From NCBI GenBank assembly GCA_000934665.2, contig KZ538711.1, positions 1 to 52,100 on the forward strand: DNA of 52,100 nt. The letters run 5' to 3'. The DNA is from Catajapyx aquilonaris. Taxonomy: Eukaryota. Under the pieces are notes generated by a model that was not told the DNA's origin, searched no databases, and saw nothing but the letters and a program-made list of their open reading frames with translations. Shown here one piece after another: positions 12,396-24,406 of the stretch. Position numbers and translations under genes: made by a program. Each line of letters begins with the position of its first letter. Within the stretch, counting starts at the first letter, position 1.

Positions 12396-13202
12396 AAGTT
12401 TCAGAAGTGCAGAAAATTTTCTCATTTCCCAGCCGAAGGGTCGAGAGTATACAGGGTGTATCTGAACTCAGTGCCCCGACGTATATGACTGCCTTCCTTC
12501 CTAGCCACCAGAGGATCGATTTAAGTATAGGAGTCATATGTCTGGGCAGCCTCATTACTGAGATACACTCTTTAGCGATTTTTGCCTAATCGCTCCTTCT
12601 GACTTTTAAATAGAATTTTCTGGTGTAACTAGCCAAAGAGGCCTTACCACCTGTGGGCAGCAAACCAACAAAGTCCCGCCCCCAGACCTTCCAGAGCCTT
12701 CTGACTGGGGGAGGGTTCGATGGGTGGCCTAACCGACAGGATATTTTGTACTACATGTTTGCGGCCAATTATCTCCGTAATGCGGCGGCCAAACATAATG
12801 ACTCCTATACTTAAATCGAACCTCTGGTGGCTAGGAAGGCAGTCATATACGTCGGGGCACTGAGTTCAGATACACCCTGTATAGGCCACATGTACAGAAA
12901 GGCTGATCTCCGTCTACCAGATGTACCGAAAGAAGTGTTTCATTCGATTGTGACACTTGAATCCTCGACTTTAAGAGTAGCCAAATGAGATTTTTTTTAC
13001 AACAAAACAATGAGAAACACTGTAAGAGTGATAGTGACAATAAGTTTAAAGTTTTGATCACCTTTCGTCGCTGGATATAAAGGTAGGCTTCCATTATACA
13101 GAGTTATGTGCTTTAAAAATCCAAACTTCTCTAACTCGAATCTTCCATAACTCGAAGTTTTTTCCTGGTCCCATGAAGATTCGACTTATGGAAGTTTTAC
13201 TG
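12396..13202. mobile_element. pogo/Tigger-like MITE (CAGTAAAACTTC family), truncated at one end, with a nested insertion
   Basis: Colinear with 38345-38741; ends GAAGTTTTACTG-TA. Confidence 0.8.
12450..12881. mobile_element. Tc1/mariner-type MITE (~430 bp)
   Basis: Long TIR TACAGGGTGTATCTGAACTCAGTGCCCCGACGTATATGACTGCCTTCC; TA TSD supported by the empty site GAGAG-TA-GGCC near 38400. Confidence 0.9.
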
Positions 13203-14229
13203 TATGTGGCCAACATGAAGCAGGTTGTGGAGACTATATGGAGCAGAAATTTGGGAAGAAGAAGGCAGAGAGGGCAGGGATGGAAAAGCACGTGTCTGCG
13301 CTTCGCAGGAACTTTGTGTCTGGATTTGCGAATCTACCCCTCCCATGTAGTGACAATCCGCCCTATGCGCAGGACATTGATGAGTACGTGACACGATTGC
13401 ATTCCATACTGGCGCACAGGAGTGGAAGAGACCAGGAAGCATTTTTGCTACCACCTACCAGTGCAAGAGATGTGATTGCCAAGATGGACTTTCGAAATTG
13501 AAGGGAGAGAGAATTATACTTGCATGCTGGATTATGCTGGAATAATTGCATGTCACATCTGATTCAAATTTTCTGAAATTCTTGCATATCTGGCTTAAGT
13601 CTGGTGTTAAGTTCAAAGCCATTTTTTCGCCAATCACTTGAGGTTACTACAGGTATCCATTGTGCATTTAAGAAAACTCATTTAAATTCTTGTAACTGAA
13701 TACTTTATAATCAGTGCACAATTATTTGCCAACTACTTGCGCCAAGCTGGTACTACCAACTTGCAATGATAAAAAGACATGTTTCTACCTATCTTTTACA
13801 TATCATTCGGGGAACAACTTCAAATCTCTTCCAGTATCTTTCAAGCTTGCAATATAAATGTGTGCCAATAAAAATGAAATACTTAATGGCTTACCCAATA
13901 GTAACAATTTGTTTACCCTTGTTTTACAAACAAATGAACTGTAAGCGCACACAAAGGAAGGTGTGTAGTGTAAGTGTACATTGATTCAACTCATATAGTA
14001 CCAATTCCCACGGATTATTTTTATATAATTTCATTGTGCCCAATCAGACTCTTACCGTGGATATCCAGTGGCACATATAATTAATAAATTTAAAGATCAG
14101 CTGTCACTGGCTGTCAGGTTTAAAAGTATAAAGGTCAGATGCCCGGATAACATATATGCACATGTGTAGCACATTGCACACTATAGGGGGGCTACCCCTA
14201 GTACGTAAGCCATGAGAAAGAAGCAGACC

Positions 14230-16000
14230 AGTAGAGAAAATTGCAGTTAAGGTCGGTAGCAGCGCCTCTGTTGGCTGTCCATAGCTCTGGTTTTCTCACC
14301 CGCCATTGGTTCGCACTTCAGTGGAAGCATGAGTCGAAGTAAGAAGCAATTATTCATCTCCAGCAGTGCCATATTGTTCGGGCGGTGTGACAAGTGGCAG
14401 CTTGAGGCGACTCCAGATATGTGCCAGTGCTGAAGGTTCGACAAGCATCACATCAGTCAGCATCCATCTTGCCACTGTTTTATTACCCCTGAGACAATCT
14501 AAGACGAACGTGAGTTTTAGACGGGTTCAGTACGTTCTCACGAGTAAGATGGACCAAAATGGGATAGCATTTCACCTTATTTGTGTTTCTAAGTATTTTA
14601 AATCGGTTTCATGCGTCACAACATGAAGTACAATTTTATTACTTCGATCACGAGAGCTTCGAGTTTTTAAAATGCCGGTAATTCACTCTTTTGCGTAAAA
14701 AGAGACCACGGGTGCAAAAAAATAAAGAAGAGCGAGAAAACCCAGGAGAAAACGCACTCGTGAGAACGTAGGCCTATATTGAGGTGGGGATTAAAAGTAG
14801 TCTACCTGGTAAGAATTTTTTGTGTGTGGTTCGAATATTGGGCCGTAACAGGTAACACTGTCATGGTTTGTGAATTGTAACAGGTAAATTCAGACTCCAG
14901 ATTCCATCTTTTATAACTTCTGGAAAATGTTTTTTGACCGTCACTTGCGAACTAACTGCATCTTGGCCCCTTAATATGATATGATCCTCCAACGGGTGGC
15001 GTTCTATGATTAGACTATATAGTTGCGTTAGGATCAAACCGAGGCGAAGGGGTAACCACTTCGTGGAATCGGTGTACGGGTCCCTGTGGAACCGAGTGAA
15101 GCCACCCGGTTACTGGAACTGGTGTACACTTTTTGGGGGAGTGGTTACCACCTTGGATCAAACAGAAACCCCCATAGGCAACAACGTTATGCCAATAATG
15201 CGAAAATATCAATCGGGCAACGCCACACTTTGAGCAACATTCCATTGTAATAGGGCGTGCATGTTACGGGAATTATCTACTTCAGACTGGATTTTGTATT
15301 GTTCTGAACGGTTGAATGGTGCCAGTCGGTAACTCTTTGTCCCACAAAGGTATTATGGGGAAACAGCTCAATTGTAGGAATGGGCACGCCTTATGTTGTT
15401 GCCAGAGTAATCTTAAGAAATAGGCTAATTATAGCAAAGGAATCTGCAGGTAACGTCAGACTAAAAAGAAGCTTTTATTCTAAGGCTGGGTTGTACACTT
15501 CCATAAAAAGGGTACACCGAGTTTCGGACTCAGGGATTTGTTGAAAGGGGTACACGGAGTGTCTCAAGTGTGCATCATCTTGGCCAGACGAGCTATAGAG
15601 ACGTGGTTATCTGATGAGGTACCTCTCACTTCCCACAATGTCCGGGTCTCGAGCACACATGTTATTTCGAACATCACGTCGGGCTCCTCTGCCCCATAAA
15701 ATCTCATGTTGTAATATTATTTACATTTAAAATACTGACGCTTCCCAGAAAATAGGTAGCCAATTTTGACATGCAATGGTTCCTACCAGCACTAACAATC
15801 CATACCTGGAATAAATTCCTGAACAGAGCGACCTTCACATCTTCTTGAATGTGAGACAGAGAGCCTCATCTTTCGGATATATGATGCTATCTTTGTCTCC
15901 TTGCTGAAACCATGGAATCAGACAATTTTTCAGCATGCTGGTGCAGGTCATCCGCCAGTTTCGATTTAGATAAAAAAGAAGGCGTGCAAAGGAGTGTGTG
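14230..16000 (+). pseudogene. Decayed locus of unknown family, copy 2
   Basis: Homology to revcomp of 120-2210. Conserved donor-like AAC|GTGAGT (14510). Shared peptide TFHCNRACMLRELST...LNGASR*LFV versus AFVYNRVRLRALST...MNGASRRIFV in copy 1. May extend to ~16900. Confidence 0.45.
14531..14770. mobile_element. Small MITE
   Basis: Terminal inverted repeats TACGTTCTCACGAGT / ACTCGTGAGAACGTA; absent from the paralogous position near 1920. Confidence 0.7.
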
Positions 16001-17536
16001 GAAGAAACTTTGTACTGTTCGTATACCTGCCTTTTGACAAACTGTGGTATCCACACGCAACACCTGTAGCCTATGTAAAAACTTGGAGTGTCTGTATCCT
16101 ACGCAAAAAATTGGATTTATGTAAATACTGTACGCTATAATTCTCCAAAAGCTATGCAATTTCAAAATAGGATACCTACTTTTGTTAATCCCTGTACTGT
16201 TATGCAGAATGAATAATTGTGTGCCGTGCTGGTGCTGTGAGCAATTTTATTTCCATTCCAGTCCATGGCGGTGCAGTGGGCATTGTCATTTTTTAACACT
16301 TTGGACACCTAGGTAGTTATTAAGGCAGCTCAATAGCTTTTTGTCCAGGGGTCAAGGTCGAGACCACACAATGTACCATAAAGACTGATAATAACAATAT
16401 GATGTCACTGCAAGGCCCAGGCGTCGTGTCGGGGGTCGAAAGTCCATGGCCAAGAAAGCTCGTATCAGCCGGACACTCATTTCCTGTTATGTGATGTTAT
16501 GTCTTCTGCACTGTCAGTGGCTCATAATAATTATGAAAGTTATTGCTCCATGTGTCTTGACGACTTTAGCTTCAAATTCCCACAGTATGTCAGAAGACTG
16601 TGCAGGCAACGCGTGGAGAATATTGCATACTCTCCAGGATGAAGAGAACGTTAATTGCAGATCATGTGTAGCAATGCAGGGGGACACCCACTTTGTCAGT
16701 ATAATTTCTGCACGTGGCATAAATTGTCATCGAAGTGCGGGCCGCGGGGATCCATGGTGGGCAGCGAAGGGACAAAATTCTTTCTTCCATTGTGCTGGCG
16801 AAAGACATGTGATTATATGGGGATGAATGGCCGAATACACATCAATGAACTGACTAGAGGGGGTGTACCAAAAACGCGCGATCGAATTTAAGAATATGTT
16901 AAGCGGTATAAGTAGGTGCAATAATTAATATTACCCTATGATTTCTCTGCATCGCCGATTTAGATTTTGATGCTACTGCCAAACCAGGCCTACAAAATGT
17001 ACGTCGTATAAAAAAGCACGATAACCACTCCAGATTAACATAAAATAATATAAACTCGTGTAAATTGCTGTTTAAACACTTAGAATTCTTCCGATTCATC
17101 GCAGTCAGTGTCTGTGTCCTTGATAATTAATAATGTTCTACATCATCGTTGAGCTTCTTGGGATATTTTGTAGTGCCCCTCATCGACGGCACTAATTTTC
17201 GGATTAGAGTTAACTTAACTGATCAGGAGTTGTTGCAAAAGCTCTTCATTTTCCTGTACCTGCTGGGAACATTTACGAGTGTGGTGTTCCCGGTACCAAT
17301 AAATAATGTCCCTGTTTCTTGCCCTTTAAGCCTCTTCCTACACCTCCCCAATGATGAGAATCAAACCTTTCGATATATTTTGTAAGCCTGCCTGGGTTAG
17401 CAGTAGCCTCAAAATATACGGTATATGAGGGGCCCATAAAACATTCAAAACATCATTCTTACATGTACAGTAGCCTACTTACGCAGTTTAATTAAGAAGC
17501 TATTATTTACGATCGCATTTTCACGATTCTGGACTA

Positions 17537-17965
17537 TACAGGGTGTATCTGAACTCAGTGCCCCGACGTATATGACTGCCTTCCTAGCCACCAGATGATC
17601 GATTTAAGCATAGGAGTCATTATGTCTGGCCGCCGCATTACTGAGATAATTGGCCGCAAACATGTAGCACAAAATATCCTGTCGGTTAGGCCACCCATCG
17701 AACCCTCCCCCAGACAGAAGGCTCTGGAAGATCTGGGGGCCGGACTTTGCTGGTTTGTTGCCCACAAGTGGTAAGGGCTCTTTGGCTAGTTACACCAGAA
17801 AATTCTATTTAAAAGTCAGAAGGAGCGATTAGGCAAAAATCGCTAAAGAGTGTATCTCAGTAATGAGGCTGCCCAGACATAATGACTCCTCTACATAAGT
17901 TGATCCTCTGGTGGCTAGGAAGGCAGTCATATACGTCTGTGCACTGAGTACAGATACACCCTGTA
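17537..17965. mobile_element. Tc1/mariner-type MITE, second copy (opposite orientation to 12450-12881)
   Basis: Same TIR, TA flanks, near-identical interior in reverse. Confidence 0.9.
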
Positions 17966-18230
17966 TAGGCCTACTGTGGATGTCGCTGTAGTGAGCTGGA
18001 AGCCGAGATTGGAGGGAGCGAACTCGGCGGAAGGTGGATGCGTTGGTTCGTTACCGTCGAAATAAATAATTACATGAAGTTATTGCATTCGGCTGAATCT
18101 TTGCACACTGCTTTATTTCACGACTCCCGGACGGAGGTCTGCATATGATGTGCTCCAAATCATTGGTATAGGGTGCGTACGGGATTTTTTTTTTTTAAAT
18201 AAAATATTTCCGGTAACGAACCGACGCGAC

Positions 18231-18344
18231 GGATGATCTCTGTATGAGTCATTTTCGGTAACGAACCTGAGACATCTGCAAGCGTCGCGACGCTTGCAGA
18301 TGTCTCAGGTTCGTTACCGAAAATGACTCATACAGAGATCATCC
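18231..18344. repeat. Perfect 114-bp spacer-less palindrome
   Basis: 57-bp arms GGATGATCTCTG...GCAAGCGTCG|CGACGCTTGC...CAGAGATCATCC. Confidence 0.95.
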
Positions 18345-18823
18345 CCGACAATTTACGCACATCAATCGAAAGAGAACCTCAAGCTGCATCCAACAGACAC
18401 GTCGCTTGAGAAGTGACCGAATGAATGGCAATGCTCACAGCAGAGGCACCAAAAGTCGCGCGTGTCCCCAGACACCAAAAGCCTTCGGTACGCACTGAAC
18501 GCACAGTCTGAGCAGTGGTGCCAAATTAGTTACAGCAACACTGTGCAATTTTAAGGTTGGCATTGCTTAGTATAGATGATGTTGAGCATCCGATTGGTGT
18601 GATGAAACAAAATAATAATCGTCGCTTCATGTCCGCTCTATCGCAAAACTGCCCATCTGTAATGCAAAGGTAACTGATGTTACCGAACTATTGCAGGCCC
18701 TAGCCTACATCAACAGTACACGTAGAGTACCGGTACTACATGCATATAACACCATTAATTATTAGGTCCCTCTAAACCTAAAGTATAACACGGTAAAAAT
18801 ACGAATACTATTTTCATTTACAG

Positions 18824-21800
18824 ATGACCATGGACTTAAGAGCAAAGCGATATCGCTTTGTGCAATTCCTCCAGAGCGGTGTTTACGACGAAAGTCTACT
18901 GGCAACAGTCGAGGTATGCATAGCCTACTATAGCAATAACCAGATAATCCACCGTTAAGTTACCATGCAAAGAGGGTTACCCAATTTAAGTAGTGTATAC
19001 CCGTGTATACAGAGTTTAATTGTCTGCGCAACCATGTGTTTGTGAAATATCTTTACTGATTGTGTAGTATTTTGCGACGTCGCCTCTTTCGCAGCGATTT
19101 CATGCTCATATACTGCTCCCTATAGGCAACCACTACAAGAGCCAGGCCAACTGTCAGGGGATCTCCCTGCAGAAAAGTGCACCCTGCGTGTTGCATCATA
19201 TGTGTGTATAGGGACATGCCAATGTGTCCGGTAGTCTATTTCATTACTGGTTGGTCCCTCGACCTGCTACATTTTCGGCTTGTTTTGGGTCATCGGGTAT
19301 GCTGCCTCCTGGATGACCTACTAGTACATACTGTATTGTCATGAGGCATCATATCAACTTAATGCTGCTTTGCTATATTCACCCTCTCCATAAATATTTC
19401 ACAAAAACATGGCTGTGCAGGGTGTGAAATACCCGATAAAATATGTAAAGGTATTGTAAGATATACCGTACCATATAAATTTTAAAATATAACCTGAGAT
19501 TTCCTACCATCCCTGAGGTTCCTCATTCGAGCTCCAAGATTGAACAGGCGATTTTCGGATGTGAAAATAGTTCGAAGTGGTATCTCCACATTCGTTCCTG
19601 GTTCTTCTTTTCACAAAGAACCTCTCCTATGCTTATGGTGTTGCCATACAATTTACTGAATTGCTTTTCTGATCCCTCATTGCTTGGCCATGATTATTGT
19701 GGTGCGGCGATGATAAGGCACTTCTAGGCCCAATAGCCTTCTGCTAATAAACCAATGAACCAAACACCAACCGTCCTCTAGTTGAGATATTATTACACTG
19801 TAACACTTTTGACCTCAACTTTACGTACGTCCCCAATAGATTAATGCACAGTGTGAAATAATGATAATGTACCGGTACCTGTGGTGTACCTGTCTTCAAT
19901 AAGCTGTGGGACCGGAAGTAGTTGTTTTTACTGTAAATGTGAGGACTTTCACTCATCTGTGGGGACATTTTCCCCACTTGTGGGGACGTTTACAGTCCCC
20001 ACAAGAAAATTGCGGGTTTGCTTTTGCAGTAGTGGGGACAAGTCCCCACTATTTCCAGTTGCAGAGTTTTAGAAAAGTCCATTTTTCTCAGCCTAGGTTA
20101 CGTAGGTATAGGGTAGGGTAGGGTAGGGTAGGGTAGGGTAGGGTAGGGTAGGTTAGGTTAGTTTACACTAGCTTTGAAAAGTTGTCCTTTTCACGTCCCC
20201 ACACCTAATAGGCCGCAGGGAGGTGTGTGTGTGTGGGTGTGTGTATATGGACAAAATAACGGGGCCCCCTGCAAAAAGCGGGTGAATATTTTCCTCAATT
20301 GCACTCGAAAACTGGAAAAGTTACAGAGATGGCTTTTCCTGATTTTTGAATCTCTGCCGATGTACATTATTTTATACAGACACTACTTACTTAACTTACC
20401 AGTACCATATTTGGCACTGGTTCTAAGTTAGCATTAACTAGCAGTGGGACGAAATTTTTCCATTGTTTGCATTCAAGCGGTGCCGGGGAGGGGGGTGAGG
20501 TTTCTATATTTTTTCCCCGCCCCGTGTCGGTAATTTTCGTTACTATCTATACCACACAAAGTCACATCGATGGAGCTTGAAATTCCAGTAAAGTTCATAT
20601 CTGTAACTATTTCCATTTTCAAATGAAAAGGGTGGGACACACTGGTCAAAAATGGGGTCTGGGGGGTGTCGAGTTTTTGTTTCTCCCCCTCCCCCTGTAT
20701 ACTTGTATTTGCATATGAGGTATTCCACGTCAAGGGGTACCACTTCCCGACAAATCTATTCCAGTGGCGACTAAAATTTATATTTGGAGTACTCGTCGGT
20801 ATATATTATAATACCCGAAATTTTGTCTCCCTGTGTCACGTGGTTTCGAAACTATACAGTATGCGTACTTTTCCAGCTGCTGCTTCAGTGTTGTGAGTTA
20901 ATTGTTTTGTAAAAGAAAACTATCATTTTTATCTGGTTACAGGCATGGTTAAATGGCTTCTGGGACGACATGGCTTTTGACTTATCACTTGCGGAAGCCC
21001 TCAGCATGCAGATTCCCACCAATGGGAATGCAATGGGGACATATACATTTTCAAGACTAGCGTATTTGTGCCTTGGCAGGCTCTTTACAACTCAGCATAA
21101 AGACCAGCTGGCAAAATACATGCAACGCATTCATGTCAGTATAAACAATATGATGAGCTGGCTTCATGACAAGGTAATTCCATTTTATAATCTCCGTCTT
21201 CAACTTGATACTAATAATAAGAGCAGAAAGTATGATCATGACAGCCGGGAAACTTCAAGATTAGCAATTTCATACTTTTTCCGGATTTTTTTGTGTGACA
21301 AAACTGGAAGTGTGTAAAGACCTGCTTGTGCTTCATGAAGACCTAGTGAACCTTCCCGTGCGTTGAATCCACTATTTTTATCCATGCATGTTGCTTCTGT
21401 GTTGCAGTGAAAGTGGGCGGGTTTTTCGTCCTGCTGTTAAAGCCAACAACCTGTCGCTATGGTGACCCATGAAAATAATTATGATTTATGGAAGAACTCA
21501 TACTATAGAAAAAGCACGCTGGTAGCTGAGATTTAGCAGCAGGACGAAAAAATCACATCGACATGTGTGATGCATATGATAGAATTTCTTAAAATCAACT
21601 AATAAGTTATCCCATATTATTTCAGAATGAAAACTACTTGGCATGCTGCGTGGGGAGCAACCTTTTCTATACGACCTACCCCCAGGAAGTCTGGTTGAAA
21701 GAGCCAGTCATGTCCATCACCCTGGCAGCAGTCGGCACACTCAACTTGTGCTACTCACATGTCACGTTGAATCCCCCAATGGTGAATTCCGTAAACGGAT

Positions 21801-23044
21801 TTATGCGACAAACTCCCAAGATTACTTTCAAAAAGTGCAGGTCAACACTAATTCTGCATTGCATCTCGGTATCGAGCCCGAGAACACCTTGGCTTACTGT
21901 CGTGGATGCCGTCATGCAAACCTGTGCAGAGCATGAAGTGGACAATCAGACTTTTGAAAATATCAATACCCTGATATTCAAGGCCCTTGAAGCCGCCAGA
22001 ATGTTACTCCTAAGTGACAGTTTCAACCAGTGGAGTTTGGCTATGTGGCTGACTGTGGCCATTCCAAGATGGCTTGGCATCATGCTTCGGCTTTGTCCAA
22101 TCCAGGAACCCGACCTGCTCTATTCGTTGCAGAAGACCATCAAATTAAAAATGTCGTCAATTACCCTTGCAATGCTGGGATGTGGGCTAGCAGCCTGGCG
22201 AATGGAGTTGCAGTGTGTCATTATATTTGATGCAATCTCGTTCTACAGGCAGTTCAACACCGATACCCTGAAAAAAATGCTCCTTGCAAATCCGTTGGTG
22301 TGGAAGAGGCCTAAGTACAATGCTACTGCAGTGGCAGTTGTACAGAGCATCATGCAACATATGCTGGATAATAATCATGCAGCTCCACTCATGGAAGTTA
22401 GTGTTGCCACCGAAAGACTGTTGCTCCTGATGTCACGCGCCTTGGTCCTGCTCAGCCCCATTGAAACTGCATGCAACAATCCATTGAAACTGGCAGAAAT
22501 GGAGTGGCAGCTTCAAACTATGAAGTCAATCCTTGGAGTGATCTTCAGGGAGAGTAATTCGATGCATGTGTATTGGAAGGGTGTTGCACATTCTGTTGCC
22601 TCATCCACCTCTCGGATCCTCTGGTGGTCACGCGAAATTGTGCCATCGACTGATAAGCATATGGAAATATGGAAACTGATGAGTAAGTACAGTACATCAC
22701 CATCTTACAATATGCCTGAAATATGAGCATAACGTGGCAAAATGTTATTTGCAGTGGCGATTCTTTTGCCAATGTGGAACATTGCGTCTGAGAAAGGATT
22801 CAGTGAGGGCTTAAAATTTGGATACATATATGACAAATGTTGTACCATGCTGGTCAATAGAGAATTCCAGCAACAAGCAAAGGTAAGAAGTCTTTGCCAA
22901 ATTTTTTATTTCAGTCCTTGCATTGAAATGAGGTTGGGTAAACCTAATTTTAATACCTATGCATTTGCACGATTATAAACCAGCAATTGGACTGATTGGG
23001 AATGGTAAATATCTGCATTATTTTGATAACAGGAATCTTTATAG
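18824..23044 (+). CDS. Uncharacterised helical protein (~560 aa); exons 18824-18913, 19126-19296 (tentative), 20943-21173, 21626-22682, 22755-22882, 23033-23044
   Basis: The last four exons join in frame with canonical sites (AAG|GTAATT, TTTCAG|, A|GTAAGT, TTTGCAG|, AAG|GTAAGA, AACAG|GAA TCT TTA TAG). One exon is open for 352 codons. The two 5' exons are less certain. Confidence 0.65.
19880..20243. mobile_element. Non-autonomous element with GTGGGGAC/GTCCCCAC motifs, internal (TAGGG)8-(TTAGG) tract and (TG)n end
   Basis: Motif repeated in both orientations; pentamer tract 20109-20160; TG run at 20223-20243. Confidence 0.5.
21626..22682 (+). CDS. Largest exon of the uncharacterised helical protein
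   Basis: Long open frame bounded by a TTTCAG acceptor and a GTAAGT donor. Confidence 0.75.
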
Positions 23045-23221
23045 AACCCACGTGCTACTGGAGCTGCTAACATGCCATGAACTCGCCACAGCACCCAACC
23101 CTACGAGTTGTTCAGCTGTTTGTACTACTACGTTCTAAAATTACATTCTATCTAAAATAATCATGCTGTGAGAAAATCCCGTGTAAATCACGTTGCGTAG
23201 CCTACATAGTGGATATATCAG

Positions 23222-23551
23222 ATTTTTTTTCAGATACCCCGTGCTAGGGCCGAAAGGCCCTCTTAGGGGGGTGGGAATACCACCATATTTGGAACCATAT
23301 AATATTTATATTATTTAATTGTTCCAAGGATAGGTAGGAGGGGATGTGCAAAGTGCAAGTGCAATGTCGTATATTGGTCATTTTGTGAAATCCCCCGGGT
23401 GGATTAGTCTAGCGGAAATTTCCACCCGAGACGAACCCAGAGATGGCCCTACACTGCACGAGATGAATGGGGGAACCCCGGGCTGGGATCGAACCCGGGA
23501 CCTTAACATCTGTGAGGGCGTGCGTTACCGCAGCACCATACTCCGCCTCCC
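23222..23551 (-). mobile_element. Full-length tRNA-derived SINE, family B (stem-loop and poly-A tail)
   Basis: A-box-like TGGTGCTGCGG and B-box GGTTCGATCC; 15-bp TSD TAGTGGATATATCAG (23207-23221, 23552-23566). Confidence 0.9.
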
Positions 23552-23630
23552 TAGTGGATATATCAGTATGGATTTATACTGGGTTGTTGGTCACCAATTT
23601 GCAAAATTTTATGGTATTCTCATTAAGTAA

Positions 23631-24406
23631 GTAAGTAAGTAAGTAAGTTTATTACCACACACCCCAGCGATGTTATTACATCAAAGTAGGGGGGGGGGGC
23701 GGGGGGGAAAGTCTCAGAGGGTTACATCACAAATCCGTAAATTTTTTACCAAGGCACAAAAAAAGAAAAACAAGTTTGTGGCATGTCTGGGGAGGTTCAA
23801 AATTAAAACATGATTAAACCGGTCTGGAGGTGATTTCGGAAACTTCTGTAAATACTTCAATCTTGGCGCTGAGCCAAAAGTACAGTCATAGACCACATGG
23901 AACAGGTCAAATCTGTCAGGGATATTACATAAGGAACAGTTTTCCTCTGAATGCAGCGGAATCCTATAGCCATATATAAATAAATAGTGTGAGCTGTTAC
24001 ATAAATTTATTATTAGTCTCTTTATGGGCAGTGGCAGCGGTGAGAGAAGATATTTCTCAAGCTGAAAATCAACTTTAATTTCCTTGTACAGCTCGTATGT
24101 ATGCGATCTCGCCAAACTTTGCCTGTCCTACTCAATGGAAACATCAGTTATTCTAATAATCAAGTCCTTTACGCAGGAAGAATCAACCGTCTCTAGGCCT
24201 TGTAGCCAGTGCATCCAGGACATTCCAGTTTTTGCAAAGAGTCTTTCACATTGATTGCTCTGGTCTGGTCTTCAGGTAGTTGTAAGTTTCGGCTAGTATA
24301 CTCTCTTCATTCTCACTTCTCTTAATAGTTTGAGTACATTAACGTAGAGATGTCTCCTGCCAGTTTCAAGCCTGAGGAAATAGCCAGCTGTTCTAGCGGG
24401 GAGACC
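23631..24406 (-). mobile_element. 5'-truncated LINE (ORF2 C-terminus with CCHC; possibly RTE-X-like)
   Basis: LEKYL...CSLCNIPDRFDLFHVVYDC; AATAAA and (CTTA)n tail; 16-bp TSD TATTCTCATTAAGTAA (23615-23630, 24407-24422). Confidence 0.85.

Larger units (their letters stand above)
12095..13501 (+). pseudogene. HMG20A: HMG20A/B-like pseudogene (C-terminal coiled-coil region), frameshifted and MITE-interrupted
   Basis: 13238-13501 MEKHVSALRRNFVSGFANLPLPCSDNPPYAQDIDEYVTRLHSIL...ARDVIAKMD resembles the HMG20 C-terminus as recalled ([44 protein letters not shown]...VREVVNRLD). The preceding YVANMKQVVE is in another frame; FSLPIFT near 12100 resembles FDIPIFT. No HMG box found. Confidence 0.7.

Noticed and set aside
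14431..14433. TGA conserved in both duplicate copies as a selenocysteine codon
   Set aside because: That frame has another stop and a frameshift between copies; no SECIS recognised.
16400..17400. Cys-rich short ORFs as a zinc-binding gene
   Set aside because: No consistent frame, splice pattern or recognisable motif; possibly the decayed continuation of the 14.2-16 kb locus.
22683..22754. Premature stops implying a pseudogene
   Set aside because: They fall within a canonical GTAAGT...TTTGCAG intron that preserves the frame.
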